From: Bacteroidota bacterium
Lineage (GTDB): Bacteria; Bacteroidota; Bacteroidia; Cytophagales; UBA9547
Length of the DNA: 64,000 bases
Direction of reading: 5' to 3'
Assembly (NCBI GenBank): GCA_004293915.1
Contig: RDZG01000057.1
Coordinates: 1 to 64,000 of the forward strand
Position numbers and translations under genes: made by a program. Every line of letters starts with the position of its first letter. Positions within the stretch are counted from its first letter, which is position 1. Shown here in pieces: positions 48,571 to 57,909 of the stretch. The notes under the pieces are model-generated. The model made no database searches. It saw only the letters and a program-made list of their open reading frames with translations, and had not been told where the DNA came from.

Positions 48571-50367
48571 TTAATAAATAGAAGAAATTTCTTTTATTAA
48601 TATTTGACTGATATTATTATTTCTATTTGAAATATAATTTTCAGAAATCTCTTCACGCAAATTTGCGAGTTCAATAGTCATAGGAAGGTTTGTATGAGCA
48701 TATTTTTTTTTCTTTTCAATAAAATCATAATTTTTAGCAGCTGAATTCATTTTTGAAGTAATTAATGTCATATTTCCAAGTTTATTAGTATAATCATCTC
48801 TAAATTTCTTTTTAAAATCTTTTTTCCAATTCGAATCTTCAGAAGGGTATTGTGGAATAATATGCTCTAGTGTGCATTTATCAAAGTACAGAATAGAATC
48901 AGAAATCATATCTTCATTATCTTTAAAAGTGGAATACCAATGATACTTTGCAAGAAAGAGTTTTGGAGTTTCATTATCACCATAAAAATCATTTTCAAAG
49001 CCTAACGAAACTTCATCTTTTTCATAATGTTGAGCAAATTCTTTCACTGCATTATCCCACTGTTTTTTATTGATAAAATCAATACATTTATAAACAGGTT
49101 TTGATGAAAATCTCCCAAAACTTAAACAATAATTTATGTATTTATCGTATTCAGCTAAGATAATTTTAGCAATATCATTTTGTTCAATATTTTCTCCGAT
49201 ATTTCTTAAAAGTGATAAAAGAAGATTTAAGCTATATCTTTGATTACCTGCAACTAAAAAGAAATTAATTTTAGTTTTAAAAAATCTTGTTTTAAAATCA
49301 ACATTTAATATTTTTTCATACAGAGGCAAGGCATTTTTAAAATCTTCATAAAAAATTTCAATTTTCTTTTTAGATATTGAATCATTATATTTAGAATCAT
49401 ATAGTGCAATCACATCATTGTAAGAAGAATATTTTTGCTGAGTAGCATTCGTACTTTCCACCCATCTTCCTAAAAAATCATCATTAAAATCATATATATT
49501 CTCAAGTGCCAACCATTTTTTATTAGCATTGATATCTCCAATCTCAGTGAATTTTTTTATTAAAAAATTTCTAAATAAATCTTTGTTAGATAATGGAAGT
49601 CCTCTATTATTTAAAATTTCAAAAATATAATATGCAATAGTGATATCTGAAGTGAGAATTCTAACAACAGAAACCCTTGTTTTTAAAAAATGAATAAATG
49701 TATTTAATTTTAAAAAATCATTTTTTAAAAATTCTTCATTTGTTGTAAACTTTTCACGAATTTTTTTTTCCAAAAAATTTCTGTTATTAAAATACCTTTT
49801 AATTGCTGTCTTCTGTTCTGAACTTGCATTTTTATAACTTTCTTCTTTATATTCTTTACATTCTATAGCATCTTTTAAAACCTCATCAAAATTGTAGCCA
49901 CTTGATTGCTTATCTATTTTTACCTTTTTTTCTAAAGTGATGACTCCTTCTATTATATTATTAAATAAGAGCTCATTAATTGACATCAATCCTGCTTTTA
50001 ATGTATTTAGAAATTCTGGTTCGTTTTTTTGCTCATAAATTACAATTTGTTTATCAAACAAGCATTTGATTGAGGATAAAAGCAACATAAGAGTAGTTAG
50101 TCTTTGTTGCCCATCAACTACATCATAACTAAAATCATTATTATCTATCAAAACCATTGATCCAATAAAATATGGATATTTTTGGTCATTGCTTTCGAAA
50201 TAGTTTACCAAATCATCCCACATTACATTCACCTGATTATTTTGGTCACTTTTTCCAAGACAATCCCAAGAATAAGGTCTTTGATATTCAGGAATGATAT
50301 ATTTAATATCTCTGCCAAAAATTTCATTTAGCACTTTACTTTCTGGTCTAAAACTAATGTCAGCCAT
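48571..50367 (-). CDS. GmrSD-family type IV restriction-like protein (DUF262 ParB/Srx-like N-domain plus DUF1524 His-Me finger C-domain)
   Basis: N-terminal DGQQRLTT motif. C-terminal TLEHIIPQ...N...K HNH-like motif. 598 aa. Confidence 0.7.
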   Translation of the reverse strand: MADISFRPESKVLNEIFGRDIKYIIPEYQRPYSWDCLGKSDQNNQVNVMWDDLVNYFESNDQKYPYFIGSMVLIDNNDFSYDVVDGQQRLTTLMLLLSSIKCLFDKQIVIYEQKNEPEFLNTLKAGLMSINELLFNNIIEGVITLEKKVKIDKQSSGYNFDEVLKDAIECKEYKEESYKNASSEQKTAIKRYFNNRNFLEKKIREKFTTNEEFLKNDFLKLNTFIHFLKTRVSVVRILTSDITIAYYIFEILNNRGLPLSNKDLFRNFLIKKFTEIGDINANKKWLALENIYDFNDDFLGRWVESTNATQQKYSSYNDVIALYDSKYNDSISKKKIEIFYEDFKNALPLYEKILNVDFKTRFFKTKINFFLVAGNQRYSLNLLLSLLRNIGENIEQNDIAKIILAEYDKYINYCLSFGRFSSKPVYKCIDFINKKQWDNAVKEFAQHYEKDEVSLGFENDFYGDNETPKLFLAKYHWYSTFKDNEDMISDSILYFDKCTLEHIIPQYPSEDSNWKKDFKKKFRDDYTNKLGNMTLITSKMNSAAKNYDFIEKKKKYAHTNLPMTIELANLREEISENYISNRNNNISQILIKEISSIY

Positions 50368-50379
50368 TTCTTTTTTATT

Positions 50380-53037
50380 TTAAATATACACTATTTCTTT
50401 TGCTTTTGCCAAAACTTTTTCCAACCCACTTACATCTTTTCCGCCTGCGGTTGCAAAAAATGGCTGTCCGCCTCCCCCACCTTGAATTTCTTTGGCTAAT
50501 TCTCTCACAATGTTGGAAGCATTTAAAGCTTTTTCTTTTACTAAATTATCCGAAATCATTACGGCAATATGTGGTTTTTCGTCCGTAACGGCAACCAAAA
50601 CACAAACCAAATTTTCGATTTTGTTTTTCAACCCAAAAGCAATGTTTTTTACTGCTTCAGCACTTGATACTTCAAGTTTTTGTGCTAAAAAATGAATCCC
50701 ATTTTTAGACTCAGTTTTTGATACCAATTGCAAAACAATATGTGCAACTTGCTCAGCTTCAAATTTTTCTATCTTTTTTTCTAAGCTAGATTTCTCTTCT
50801 AATAATCCATCAATAGCTTTGAGCAAATCTTTTGGATTTTTAAGTTTTTCAGAAATTTCTTGGATTGTTTTTAGCTTTTGAGCTATTATTTTTTCGGCTC
50901 CATCGGCAGTTACAGCTTCAATCCTACGTACGCCAGCAGCAACCGAGCTTTCAGAAATAATTTTTAACAAACCAATTTGCCCAGTAGCCGAAACATGTGT
51001 GCCACCACAAAGTTCGATAGAATAGGCAGGGTCGAAGGTAATTACACGCACAAAATCGCCATATTTTTCACCAAAAAGTGCCGTTGCTCCTAATTCTAAA
51101 GCTTGTTTTATCGGAATATTTCTTTTTTCGTCTAACGCAATATTTTCTCTGATTTTTTGATTTGTAATTTCCTCTACTTTTGCAATTTCCACATCAGCCA
51201 TTTTTGTAAAATGTGAAAAATCAAAACGTAATAATTCGCTATTTACTAGCGAACCTTTTTGTTGAATATGCGAGCCAAGTACCTGACGCAAAGCACTTTG
51301 CAAAATATGTGTAGCCGTGTGATTATTTGTGGTTAATATCCTATTTTCTGTGTTTATAGAAGCCAAAACATTGCTTTGATTAGAAAGCGAAGCCATTATT
51401 TCTTCCACATCATCGTTCGTAAAATGAATAATTAATTCGTTTTCTTTTTTCGTATTTATAACTTCTATTTCTATGGGTGTGTTTTTAAAAACTAATTTTC
51501 CCGTATCGCCAACTTGCCCACCGCTTTCGGCATAAAATGGTGTTTTATCCAACACAATTTGAAATTGCACATTGGTTTTGGTAGTTATTTTTCTGTATTT
51601 AGTTATTTTAGATTCGCATGAAAAAACATCATATCCAACAAATTCTACTTTATCAATTTCATTTATAGTTATCCAATCGCCTGTTTCAGATGCTGCGGCA
51701 TTGCGTGAACGAGCTTTTTGGATTTCCATTTCTTTCAAAAAACCATCTTCATCAATCGACAAATTATTTTCACGAGCAATGAGCGATGTCAAATCAACAG
51801 GAAAACCAAAAGTGTCATATAATTCAAAAACTGTTTTACCCGAAATTATTTTTGTTGCATCATTTTTTTGAATTTCTATTTCCAAAAGTTTAATCCCATT
51901 TTCTAATGTACGCAAAAACGAAGCTTCTTCTTCCTTAATTACATTTGCAACAAATCCTTCTTGTGCTTTGAGTTCGGGAAAAACATCTTTCATTTGATTT
52001 GCCAAAATTGCCACCAGTTTGTAAATAAAAGGCTCTTTTTGACCCAAAAACGTATATCCATAACGTATGGCTCTACGTAAAATTCTGCGAATCACATATC
52101 CTGCTTTGGCATTTGAAGGCATCTGTCCATCTGCAATCGCAAACGAAACCGCACGAATATGATCGGAAATCACACGCATGGCAATATCAGTTTTAGAAAA
52201 TCCTGTAATGCCTTGTTCGTATTTTATACCCGAAATTTTTTCGATTTCCGAAATCAATGGCATGAAAATATCTGTGTCATAGTTCGATGCTTTACCTTGA
52301 ATCACTCGCACCAAACGCTCAAATCCCATGCCTGTATCTACATGTTTATCAGGCAATTGCTCCAAACTGCCATCGGATTTTCGGTTGAATTGCATAAACA
52401 CATTATTCCAAATTTCAATTACTTGTGGGTCGTCATTATTTACCCTTTCTGCACCTGGAATTTTATCAATTTCGATTTGTGGACGCAAATCAATATGAAT
52501 TTCGGAACATGGACCACAAGGACCTGTTGCACCCATTTCCCAAAAATTATCTTTTTTATTACCTTTTAATATATGTGCTTTGTCCACAAGGTTTGCCCAA
52601 ATATCAAAAGCCTCTTGATCGAAAGCCAAGTTTTCTTTTGTATCTCCCTCAAATACAGTAACATACAAGCGTTCTTTAGGAAGTTTATACACTTCGGTAA
52701 GCAATTCCCAAGCCCATTCAATGGCTTCTTTTTTGAAATAATCGCCAAACGACCAATTGCCTAACATCTCAAACATAGTGTGATGATAGGTATCGTGTCC
52801 AACTTCCTCTAAATCATTGTGTTTGCCCGAAACACGAAGGCATTTTTGGGTATCGGCTATGCGTTTTGCAGTAGGAATTTTATCGCCTAAGAAAAAATCT
52901 TTAAACTGATTCATACCTGCATTAGTAAACATCAAGGTTGGATCGTTTTTGAGAACCATCGGTGCCGATGGCACAATTTTGTGTTGTTTTGATTGAAAAA
53001 AATCTAAAAACTGTTGTCTAATTTGTTGAGCGGTCAT
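50380..53037 (-). CDS. alaS: Alanine--tRNA ligase
   Basis: 885 aa. Class II catalytic core. Editing-domain HxxxH...CGGTH. C-terminal DHHA1-like region. Confidence 0.9.
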   Translation of the reverse strand: MTAQQIRQQFLDFFQSKQHKIVPSAPMVLKNDPTLMFTNAGMNQFKDFFLGDKIPTAKRIADTQKCLRVSGKHNDLEEVGHDTYHHTMFEMLGNWSFGDYFKKEAIEWAWELLTEVYKLPKERLYVTVFEGDTKENLAFDQEAFDIWANLVDKAHILKGNKKDNFWEMGATGPCGPCSEIHIDLRPQIEIDKIPGAERVNNDDPQVIEIWNNVFMQFNRKSDGSLEQLPDKHVDTGMGFERLVRVIQGKASNYDTDIFMPLISEIEKISGIKYEQGITGFSKTDIAMRVISDHIRAVSFAIADGQMPSNAKAGYVIRRILRRAIRYGYTFLGQKEPFIYKLVAILANQMKDVFPELKAQEGFVANVIKEEEASFLRTLENGIKLLEIEIQKNDATKIISGKTVFELYDTFGFPVDLTSLIARENNLSIDEDGFLKEMEIQKARSRNAAASETGDWITINEIDKVEFVGYDVFSCESKITKYRKITTKTNVQFQIVLDKTPFYAESGGQVGDTGKLVFKNTPIEIEVINTKKENELIIHFTNDDVEEIMASLSNQSNVLASINTENRILTTNNHTATHILQSALRQVLGSHIQQKGSLVNSELLRFDFSHFTKMADVEIAKVEEITNQKIRENIALDEKRNIPIKQALELGATALFGEKYGDFVRVITFDPAYSIELCGGTHVSATGQIGLLKIISESSVAAGVRRIEAVTADGAEKIIAQKLKTIQEISEKLKNPKDLLKAIDGLLEEKSSLEKKIEKFEAEQVAHIVLQLVSKTESKNGIHFLAQKLEVSSAEAVKNIAFGLKNKIENLVCVLVAVTDEKPHIAVMISDNLVKEKALNASNIVRELAKEIQGGGGGQPFFATAGGKDVSGLEKVLAKAKEIVYI

Positions 53038-53059
53038 CCTACTAATTTTTTAAGCTATT

Positions 53060-53080
53060 TTTTGGGAGTGCAAATATCTA
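53060..53080 (-). promoter_or_regulatory. Candidate promoter -7 element with GCACTCCC extension (alaS)
   Basis: Minus-strand TATTTGCACTCCCAAAAAATAGC ~25 nt upstream of the alaS ATG. The same motif recurs upstream of three other minus-strand genes. Confidence 0.4.
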
Positions 53081-53215
53081 AAAAAAAGCTTAGGATATAA
53101 AAAAATGAGGAAGGTTACTTAAAATATTCGTGCAATGAAACTAAAATTCGTTTCAAACCGTACTATTTCCAATTTATAGGGTTTTTATTGTAGTAGCATT
53201 AACTAATTCTACAAA

Positions 53216-53313
53216 TCCTGCCCTTTTTGGAGTTCTTCTCCATCAAGCTACTATTGTTTCTTTACGGCTTTCAAATATTATGTTTGTTGGTGAAGAACAC
53301 CAACCTTTAGGCG
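53216..53313. repeat. Two-hairpin structured repeat, copy 3
   Basis: tcctgccc-tttttggagttcttctccatcaag-...-ttcaaatattatgtttgttggtgaagaacaccaacctttaggc. Confidence 0.75.
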
Positions 53314-53351
53314 TAAAGATATATATCTGATTTTTTTAGACGAATAGCTTA

Positions 53352-53567
53352 TTGAAAAGGGAGAGCCACTTTAGTGAGTACTACAGCCAGAAAACTGGGA
53401 GTAATCATATGGACAATGATTGTAAAAAAACACCTTACAAACCACCCACCGAATATCTATTCTTCGACCAAAAAAGAAAGCAAAAGGTAGTAGAAAGAAC
53501 AAAGAAAAATATTGCTAAATTTGCACTCAAACCCGAAGAGGTAGGTTTTATAACTAACTCATTATGA
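53352..53567 (+). CDS. Small ORF translationally coupled (ATGA overlap) to the downstream Abi-like gene
   Basis: 71 aa from a TTG start, or 53 aa from the ATG at 53409. Stop overlaps the next start. Uncertain whether it is coding. Confidence 0.25.
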   Translation: MKRESHFSEYYSQKTGSNHMDNDCKKTPYKPPTEYLFFDQKRKQKVVERTKKNIAKFALKPEEVGFITNSL

Positions 53568-54667
53568 TGATAAATAAAAAAGTTAGTCAGAATTTTAAAA
53601 GAAACAACAATATGAAAATGAACGATGTTTTAGGACTAGGTAAAATTTTACCAATTGACAAATTACTCGATATTTTATCTAGCGTTACTTCAAGACTTTC
53701 TAAACCGTATTTTGACAGAAAAGACATTGACACTAAAGCGTATGAAATAAAAAAATTAGCAGAGGCAAAGGCAGAAGAAATGAAAATTATTTCATTGGCA
53801 ATTAAAGAAAATTATTTACTGACTGGAGGAATTGAATACAAAGAAAATAGCATAGGTATAACTTCACCAAAAGAATTATCAATTTCAAAAACTGAAAATT
53901 CAATATTAATTAATCCTAGCTTAGAAGATAGAACAAACGATAGAATAATTTTACAACAGGCGAAAAAGCAATTGAACATTGAAAGTATTACTGCATACGC
54001 TGCCGAAGAACTTAAAAATGAGCCACCTGTAACGGACGAACCAGTAGATGAGGACTGGAAAACTAGATTTTTCAATATCGCTGAGGATATTTCAAGTGAT
54101 GAAATGCAAGCACTTTGGGGACGAATATTAGCTGGTGAAATAAAACAACCCAAATCGTATTCACTAAGAACATTAGAAGTATTGAAAAATTTATCTAAGG
54201 AAGAAGCAGAAGTTTTTACAAAATTTGCAAATATTAAAATTGTCTCTGTTGATACGAGTGTAATCTATAATCAAGATAATGGAGCTTTCCTTGAATCCGA
54301 ATTTGGTATTACATTTACTGATAGCTTACTATTGACTGAATTGGGCTTAATAGCAAGTGAAAGCAACTTAGAGCTAAGTCTGACTGAAACCAACCAAGTA
54401 GCGCAAACGAATGCCTTATTTATAGGTAATAAGGGTATAGTTTTGAACCGTGGTATAAATACTCCAAAACAACCTATTAATGTTCTAGTATTTACAAAAA
54501 CTGGGGCTGAATTATCAAAACTAATCGAGCCAATTCCTAATGAAAATTACATTAAAAAAATATGCTCAAGTTTTAAACATCCAAATGTAAAAATAGAATA
54601 TGGTGACATTACATTTTTACCAAATGGACAAATAATAATGAATAACAACGTTGAATATAATGAATAA
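53564..54667 (+). CDS. DUF2806 / Abi-alpha-like protein (putative abortive-infection family)
   Basis: Central block DWKTRFFNIAEDISSDEMQALWGRILAGEIKQP...LRTLEVLKNLSKEEAEVF matches, as I recall it, the conserved W..FF..S.EMQ.LW..LAGE signature of the DUF2806/Abi_alpha families. Confidence 0.5.
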   Translation: MMINKKVSQNFKRNNNMKMNDVLGLGKILPIDKLLDILSSVTSRLSKPYFDRKDIDTKAYEIKKLAEAKAEEMKIISLAIKENYLLTGGIEYKENSIGITSPKELSISKTENSILINPSLEDRTNDRIILQQAKKQLNIESITAYAAEELKNEPPVTDEPVDEDWKTRFFNIAEDISSDEMQALWGRILAGEIKQPKSYSLRTLEVLKNLSKEEAEVFTKFANIKIVSVDTSVIYNQDNGAFLESEFGITFTDSLLLTELGLIASESNLELSLTETNQVAQTNALFIGNKGIVLNRGINTPKQPINVLVFTKTGAELSKLIEPIPNENYIKKICSSFKHPNVKIEYGDITFLPNGQIIMNNNVEYNE

Positions 54668-54698
54668 AACTACTACTAACATTTCGCCTTTATTGGTA

Positions 54699-54792
54699 TC
54701 CTGCCCTTGTTGGAGTTCTTCTCCAACAAGCTTCGATTGTTTATCATTAAGGTTTTCAAATATTATGTTTGTTGGTAAAGAACACCAAAGGC
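54699..54792. repeat. Two-hairpin structured repeat, copy 4
   Basis: tcctgccc-ttgttggagttcttctccaacaag-...-ttcaaatattatgtttgttggtaaagaacaccaaaggc. Hairpin 1 is a perfect 10-bp stem. Confidence 0.75.
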
Positions 54793-55173
54793 AAAATTAT
54801 GGTAGTGATTTTTAAAAAAAAATTCGTTTATTTGGCATTGAAGAAGGTAAAAAAGAACCATCCATTGTTGATTTTACAAAAAATTATACTGAATTTAATA
54901 TTTCAAACGCATGAAAACAAAAAGCAATGCACTCGTTTTAGACCCAATTGAGTTGATAGGAAAAGTTAAAAAAAGGTATGAAAACGCTCCAATTTTCCCG
55001 AAAAAAATGGAAGAGGCTAAAGCAAACTTGCACCTATATCAAAAATTACATCAACAATATGAAAAATAAATAATATTTTTATAGCCATTTTGATTAAAAA
55101 CTAAACAAAACCGTTTTCAAATAAAAGAGCAAGACTAATTTAATAATCTTGCCCTTTTTATCAACTAAAAATT

Positions 55174-56382
55174 TTATTTCAAACTTGCCAAAGCATTTTT
55201 TAAACGTTTGCAACCTTCGATCAATTTGGCATCGGCAGCGGCATACGAAATTCTGATGCAGCCTTCGTAGCCAAAAGCACTTCCTGGCACGGTAGATAAA
55301 AATGATTTGTTCAGTAACCACATACTCAAATCATCCGAATTATTAATGGTTGTAGTTCCGTCTGATTTACCAAAATAAGCACTAACATCTGGGAAAAAAT
55401 AAAATGCTCCTTTTGGATTATTGATTTTTAATCCTGGAATTTCTTTCAACAAACCATACATTAATTCTCTGCGTTTGGCAAACGTTTTGGTCATTTCCAT
55501 ACTCGAGCTCAAATCGGCATTGATACCAGCCAAAGCCGCTTTTTGGGCAATAGAGCAAGTTCCAGATGTGATTTGGCTTTGCATTTTGTCTATTGCATCG
55601 GCAATTAATTTGCTCGAAGCCGAATATCCCACACGCCAGCCTGTCATGGCATATCCTTTCGAAAATCCATTTACTGTTACCACTCTATCTTTTATGGCAT
55701 CAACCGAACCCATCGAAAAATGTGGCTCACCATAATTGATATATTCATAAATTTCATCAGCAATCACATAAATATTTGCATTTTGCTCTACCACTTTTGC
55801 AATTTCTAGCAATTCGGCTTTGCTAAAAACAGTACCCGTTGGATTACAAGGCGAAGAAAACATAATTACTTTTGTACGGTCTGTAATCGCATTTTTCAAA
55901 TCTTGAATAGAAGGTTTAAAATCGTTTTCCAATTTTCCAACCAATTCAATCACCACGCCTTCGTTTAGTTTTACTAATTCTGCATAACTAACCCAATATG
56001 GCGAATATATAATTACCTCATCTCCAGGATTTACCAACACAGAAAGTGCATTTGCCAAGGCTTGTTTTGCACCTGTAGAAACAATTATGTTTTCTGCTTT
56101 CCAGTCGATATTGTTATCGCGTTTTAATTTTTCGGCAATTCCTTTTCTTAATTCTGGAATACCAGCAACAGGAGTATAATACGAAAAATTATCCATAATT
56201 GCCTTAGCACCAGCTTCTTTGATATGCATTGGAGTTGCAAAATCGGGTTCGCCAAGTGTTAGGTTCACTACATCGTTGCCAGCATTGGCAAGTTCTCGAG
56301 CTTTTTTTGACATCGCAATGGTTTGCGACTCAGCCAAAGCATTGATTCTGTCTGTTAAAATGGAAGCGGTTAATGTGGACAT
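55174..56382 (-). CDS. Pyridoxal-phosphate-dependent aminotransferase, class I (aspartate aminotransferase-like)
   Basis: 402 aa. PLP-lysine region SKGYAMTGWRVGY. Fold-type I pattern. Confidence 0.8.
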   Translation of the reverse strand: MSTLTASILTDRINALAESQTIAMSKKARELANAGNDVVNLTLGEPDFATPMHIKEAGAKAIMDNFSYYTPVAGIPELRKGIAEKLKRDNNIDWKAENIIVSTGAKQALANALSVLVNPGDEVIIYSPYWVSYAELVKLNEGVVIELVGKLENDFKPSIQDLKNAITDRTKVIMFSSPCNPTGTVFSKAELLEIAKVVEQNANIYVIADEIYEYINYGEPHFSMGSVDAIKDRVVTVNGFSKGYAMTGWRVGYSASSKLIADAIDKMQSQITSGTCSIAQKAALAGINADLSSSMEMTKTFAKRRELMYGLLKEIPGLKINNPKGAFYFFPDVSAYFGKSDGTTTINNSDDLSMWLLNKSFLSTVPGSAFGYEGCIRISYAAADAKLIEGCKRLKNALASLK

Positions 56383-56422
56383 GTTTTTATATTTATTTTT
56401 ATAATTATTATTCTTTAAAAAC

Positions 56423-56440
56423 GGAGTGCAAAGGTAAACT
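56423..56440 (-). promoter_or_regulatory. Candidate promoter -7 element with GCACTCC extension (aminotransferase)
   Basis: Minus-strand TACCTTTGCACTCCGTTTT ~40 nt upstream of the ATG. TACCTTTG fits TAnnTTTG. Confidence 0.4.
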
Positions 56441-56524
56441 TTTGAATAATATTCTCAAATTATATTTCTAAACTTGATTTTGGATTATCAAAAAACAAAA
56501 TCATAGAAATTGAATTTTAAAACC

Positions 56525-57784
56525 TTAAACTTCTTCAATTTCAAAACCTGCTAATTTTAAATCATCCCAGAAAGAGGGATAAGATTTCACAACTACATCT
56601 GGATTTTCGATTAAAACAGTATGTTTCAGAGCCAAAGGAGCAAATGCCATTGCCATTCGGTGGTCTTTGTAGGTTGCAAAACTAGGCTGTGTTTGCAAAT
56701 TATGTATTCCAGAAACTTGATAAGCCTCGTTTTTGATAGTTTCAGCCAATGAAATTCCAATTTTTGCTAATTCGTTTTGCAAAGCCAAAAGTCTATCTGT
56801 TTCTTTAATTTTCAAACTTTCTACTCCTGTCAGTGTTAATTTTGCATGGTTTGCTCCGCAAATTACAGCCAAAGTTTGAGCAATATCTGGACAATCTGTA
56901 AAATCAATCGCTATTTCCATATCTTGATTTTTTGTTTTTCTCAACACTATCGAGTTTTCTTTGTATTGTGTCGAAACACCTAAATTTTCCATCAATTTTA
57001 CAATAGCCGAATCGCCTTGAAGCGAATTTTTTTTCAAGCCAACAAGCTCAATTTCAGCTTCTTTTGCCAAAGCTACAACACTATACCAATAACTTGCACC
57101 CGACCAATCCGACTCAATAAAAAAATGTGATGGTTTATACGGTTGGTGATTTACACTAATTATATTGCCTTCAAATGTGTAATTTATTCCAAAATCTGCC
57201 ATCATTTGAAGCGTCATCATAATGTATGGACGAGAACCGATTTCGCCTGTAAGTTCTAAAATCAAACCTTTTGGTAAAATTGGAGCTATCATCAACAAAC
57301 TCGAAATATATTGGCTACTAACATCACCTCGAATCGAAATTTTATTTGAAGTTTGCTGCCTAATCCCATTGATTTTTATTGGCGGAAAGCCATCTTCTTT
57401 TAAATAATCTATTTCTGCACCAATGCTCCTAAGTGCATCTACAAGCAATTTAATCGGTCTTTCGCACATGCGAGCCGTGCCTGTTAGCGTTTTTTCTTTG
57501 CCTTTCAAACTCAAATACGAAGTCAAAAATCGCATCGTTGTGCCCGCATCAATCACATCCAAAATAGCATCATCCGAACGTAGCAATCTATTCATGGTTA
57601 CCGAATCACGAGCAGTAGAAATATTTTGAATATCGCATTTAAAATCTGTTAAAGCATTGATTATCAAAGCTCTATTGCACTCGCTTTTTGAGGCAGGCAA
57701 GTGTATTTTTGCCTTGATAACAGAAGTTGGATGCGAAATTTTTAAACTACTCATGAATATGATTTTATTTTTTTGGGAATGCAA
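56525..57784 (-). CDS. aroA: 3-phosphoshikimate 1-carboxyvinyltransferase (EPSP synthase)
   Basis: 419 aa. LPxSKS(E)xNRALI motif near the N-terminus. Two-domain inside-out alpha/beta fold pattern. Confidence 0.85.
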   Translation of the reverse strand: MHSQKNKIIFMSSLKISHPTSVIKAKIHLPASKSECNRALIINALTDFKCDIQNISTARDSVTMNRLLRSDDAILDVIDAGTTMRFLTSYLSLKGKEKTLTGTARMCERPIKLLVDALRSIGAEIDYLKEDGFPPIKINGIRQQTSNKISIRGDVSSQYISSLLMIAPILPKGLILELTGEIGSRPYIMMTLQMMADFGINYTFEGNIISVNHQPYKPSHFFIESDWSGASYWYSVVALAKEAEIELVGLKKNSLQGDSAIVKLMENLGVSTQYKENSIVLRKTKNQDMEIAIDFTDCPDIAQTLAVICGANHAKLTLTGVESLKIKETDRLLALQNELAKIGISLAETIKNEAYQVSGIHNLQTQPSFATYKDHRMAMAFAPLALKHTVLIENPDVVVKSYPSFWDDLKLAGFEIEEV

Positions 57785-57790
57785 AAAACG
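57774..57790 (-). promoter_or_regulatory. Candidate promoter element TTTGCATTCCC (aroA)
   Basis: Minus-strand TTTTTTGCATTCCCAAAAAAATAAAATC, 10-25 nt upstream of the aroA ATG. Confidence 0.35.
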
Positions 57791-57909
57791 GAAAGAAATA
57801 TGGCATTTGAAAATTATTGCTTGTAGTTTTTTGATTTTAAACTAAAGCAAATAAAATTAGCACTTTAAACGCAAAAAAGTATATTTGAAATTGATTTCAA
57901 AATAGTTAC

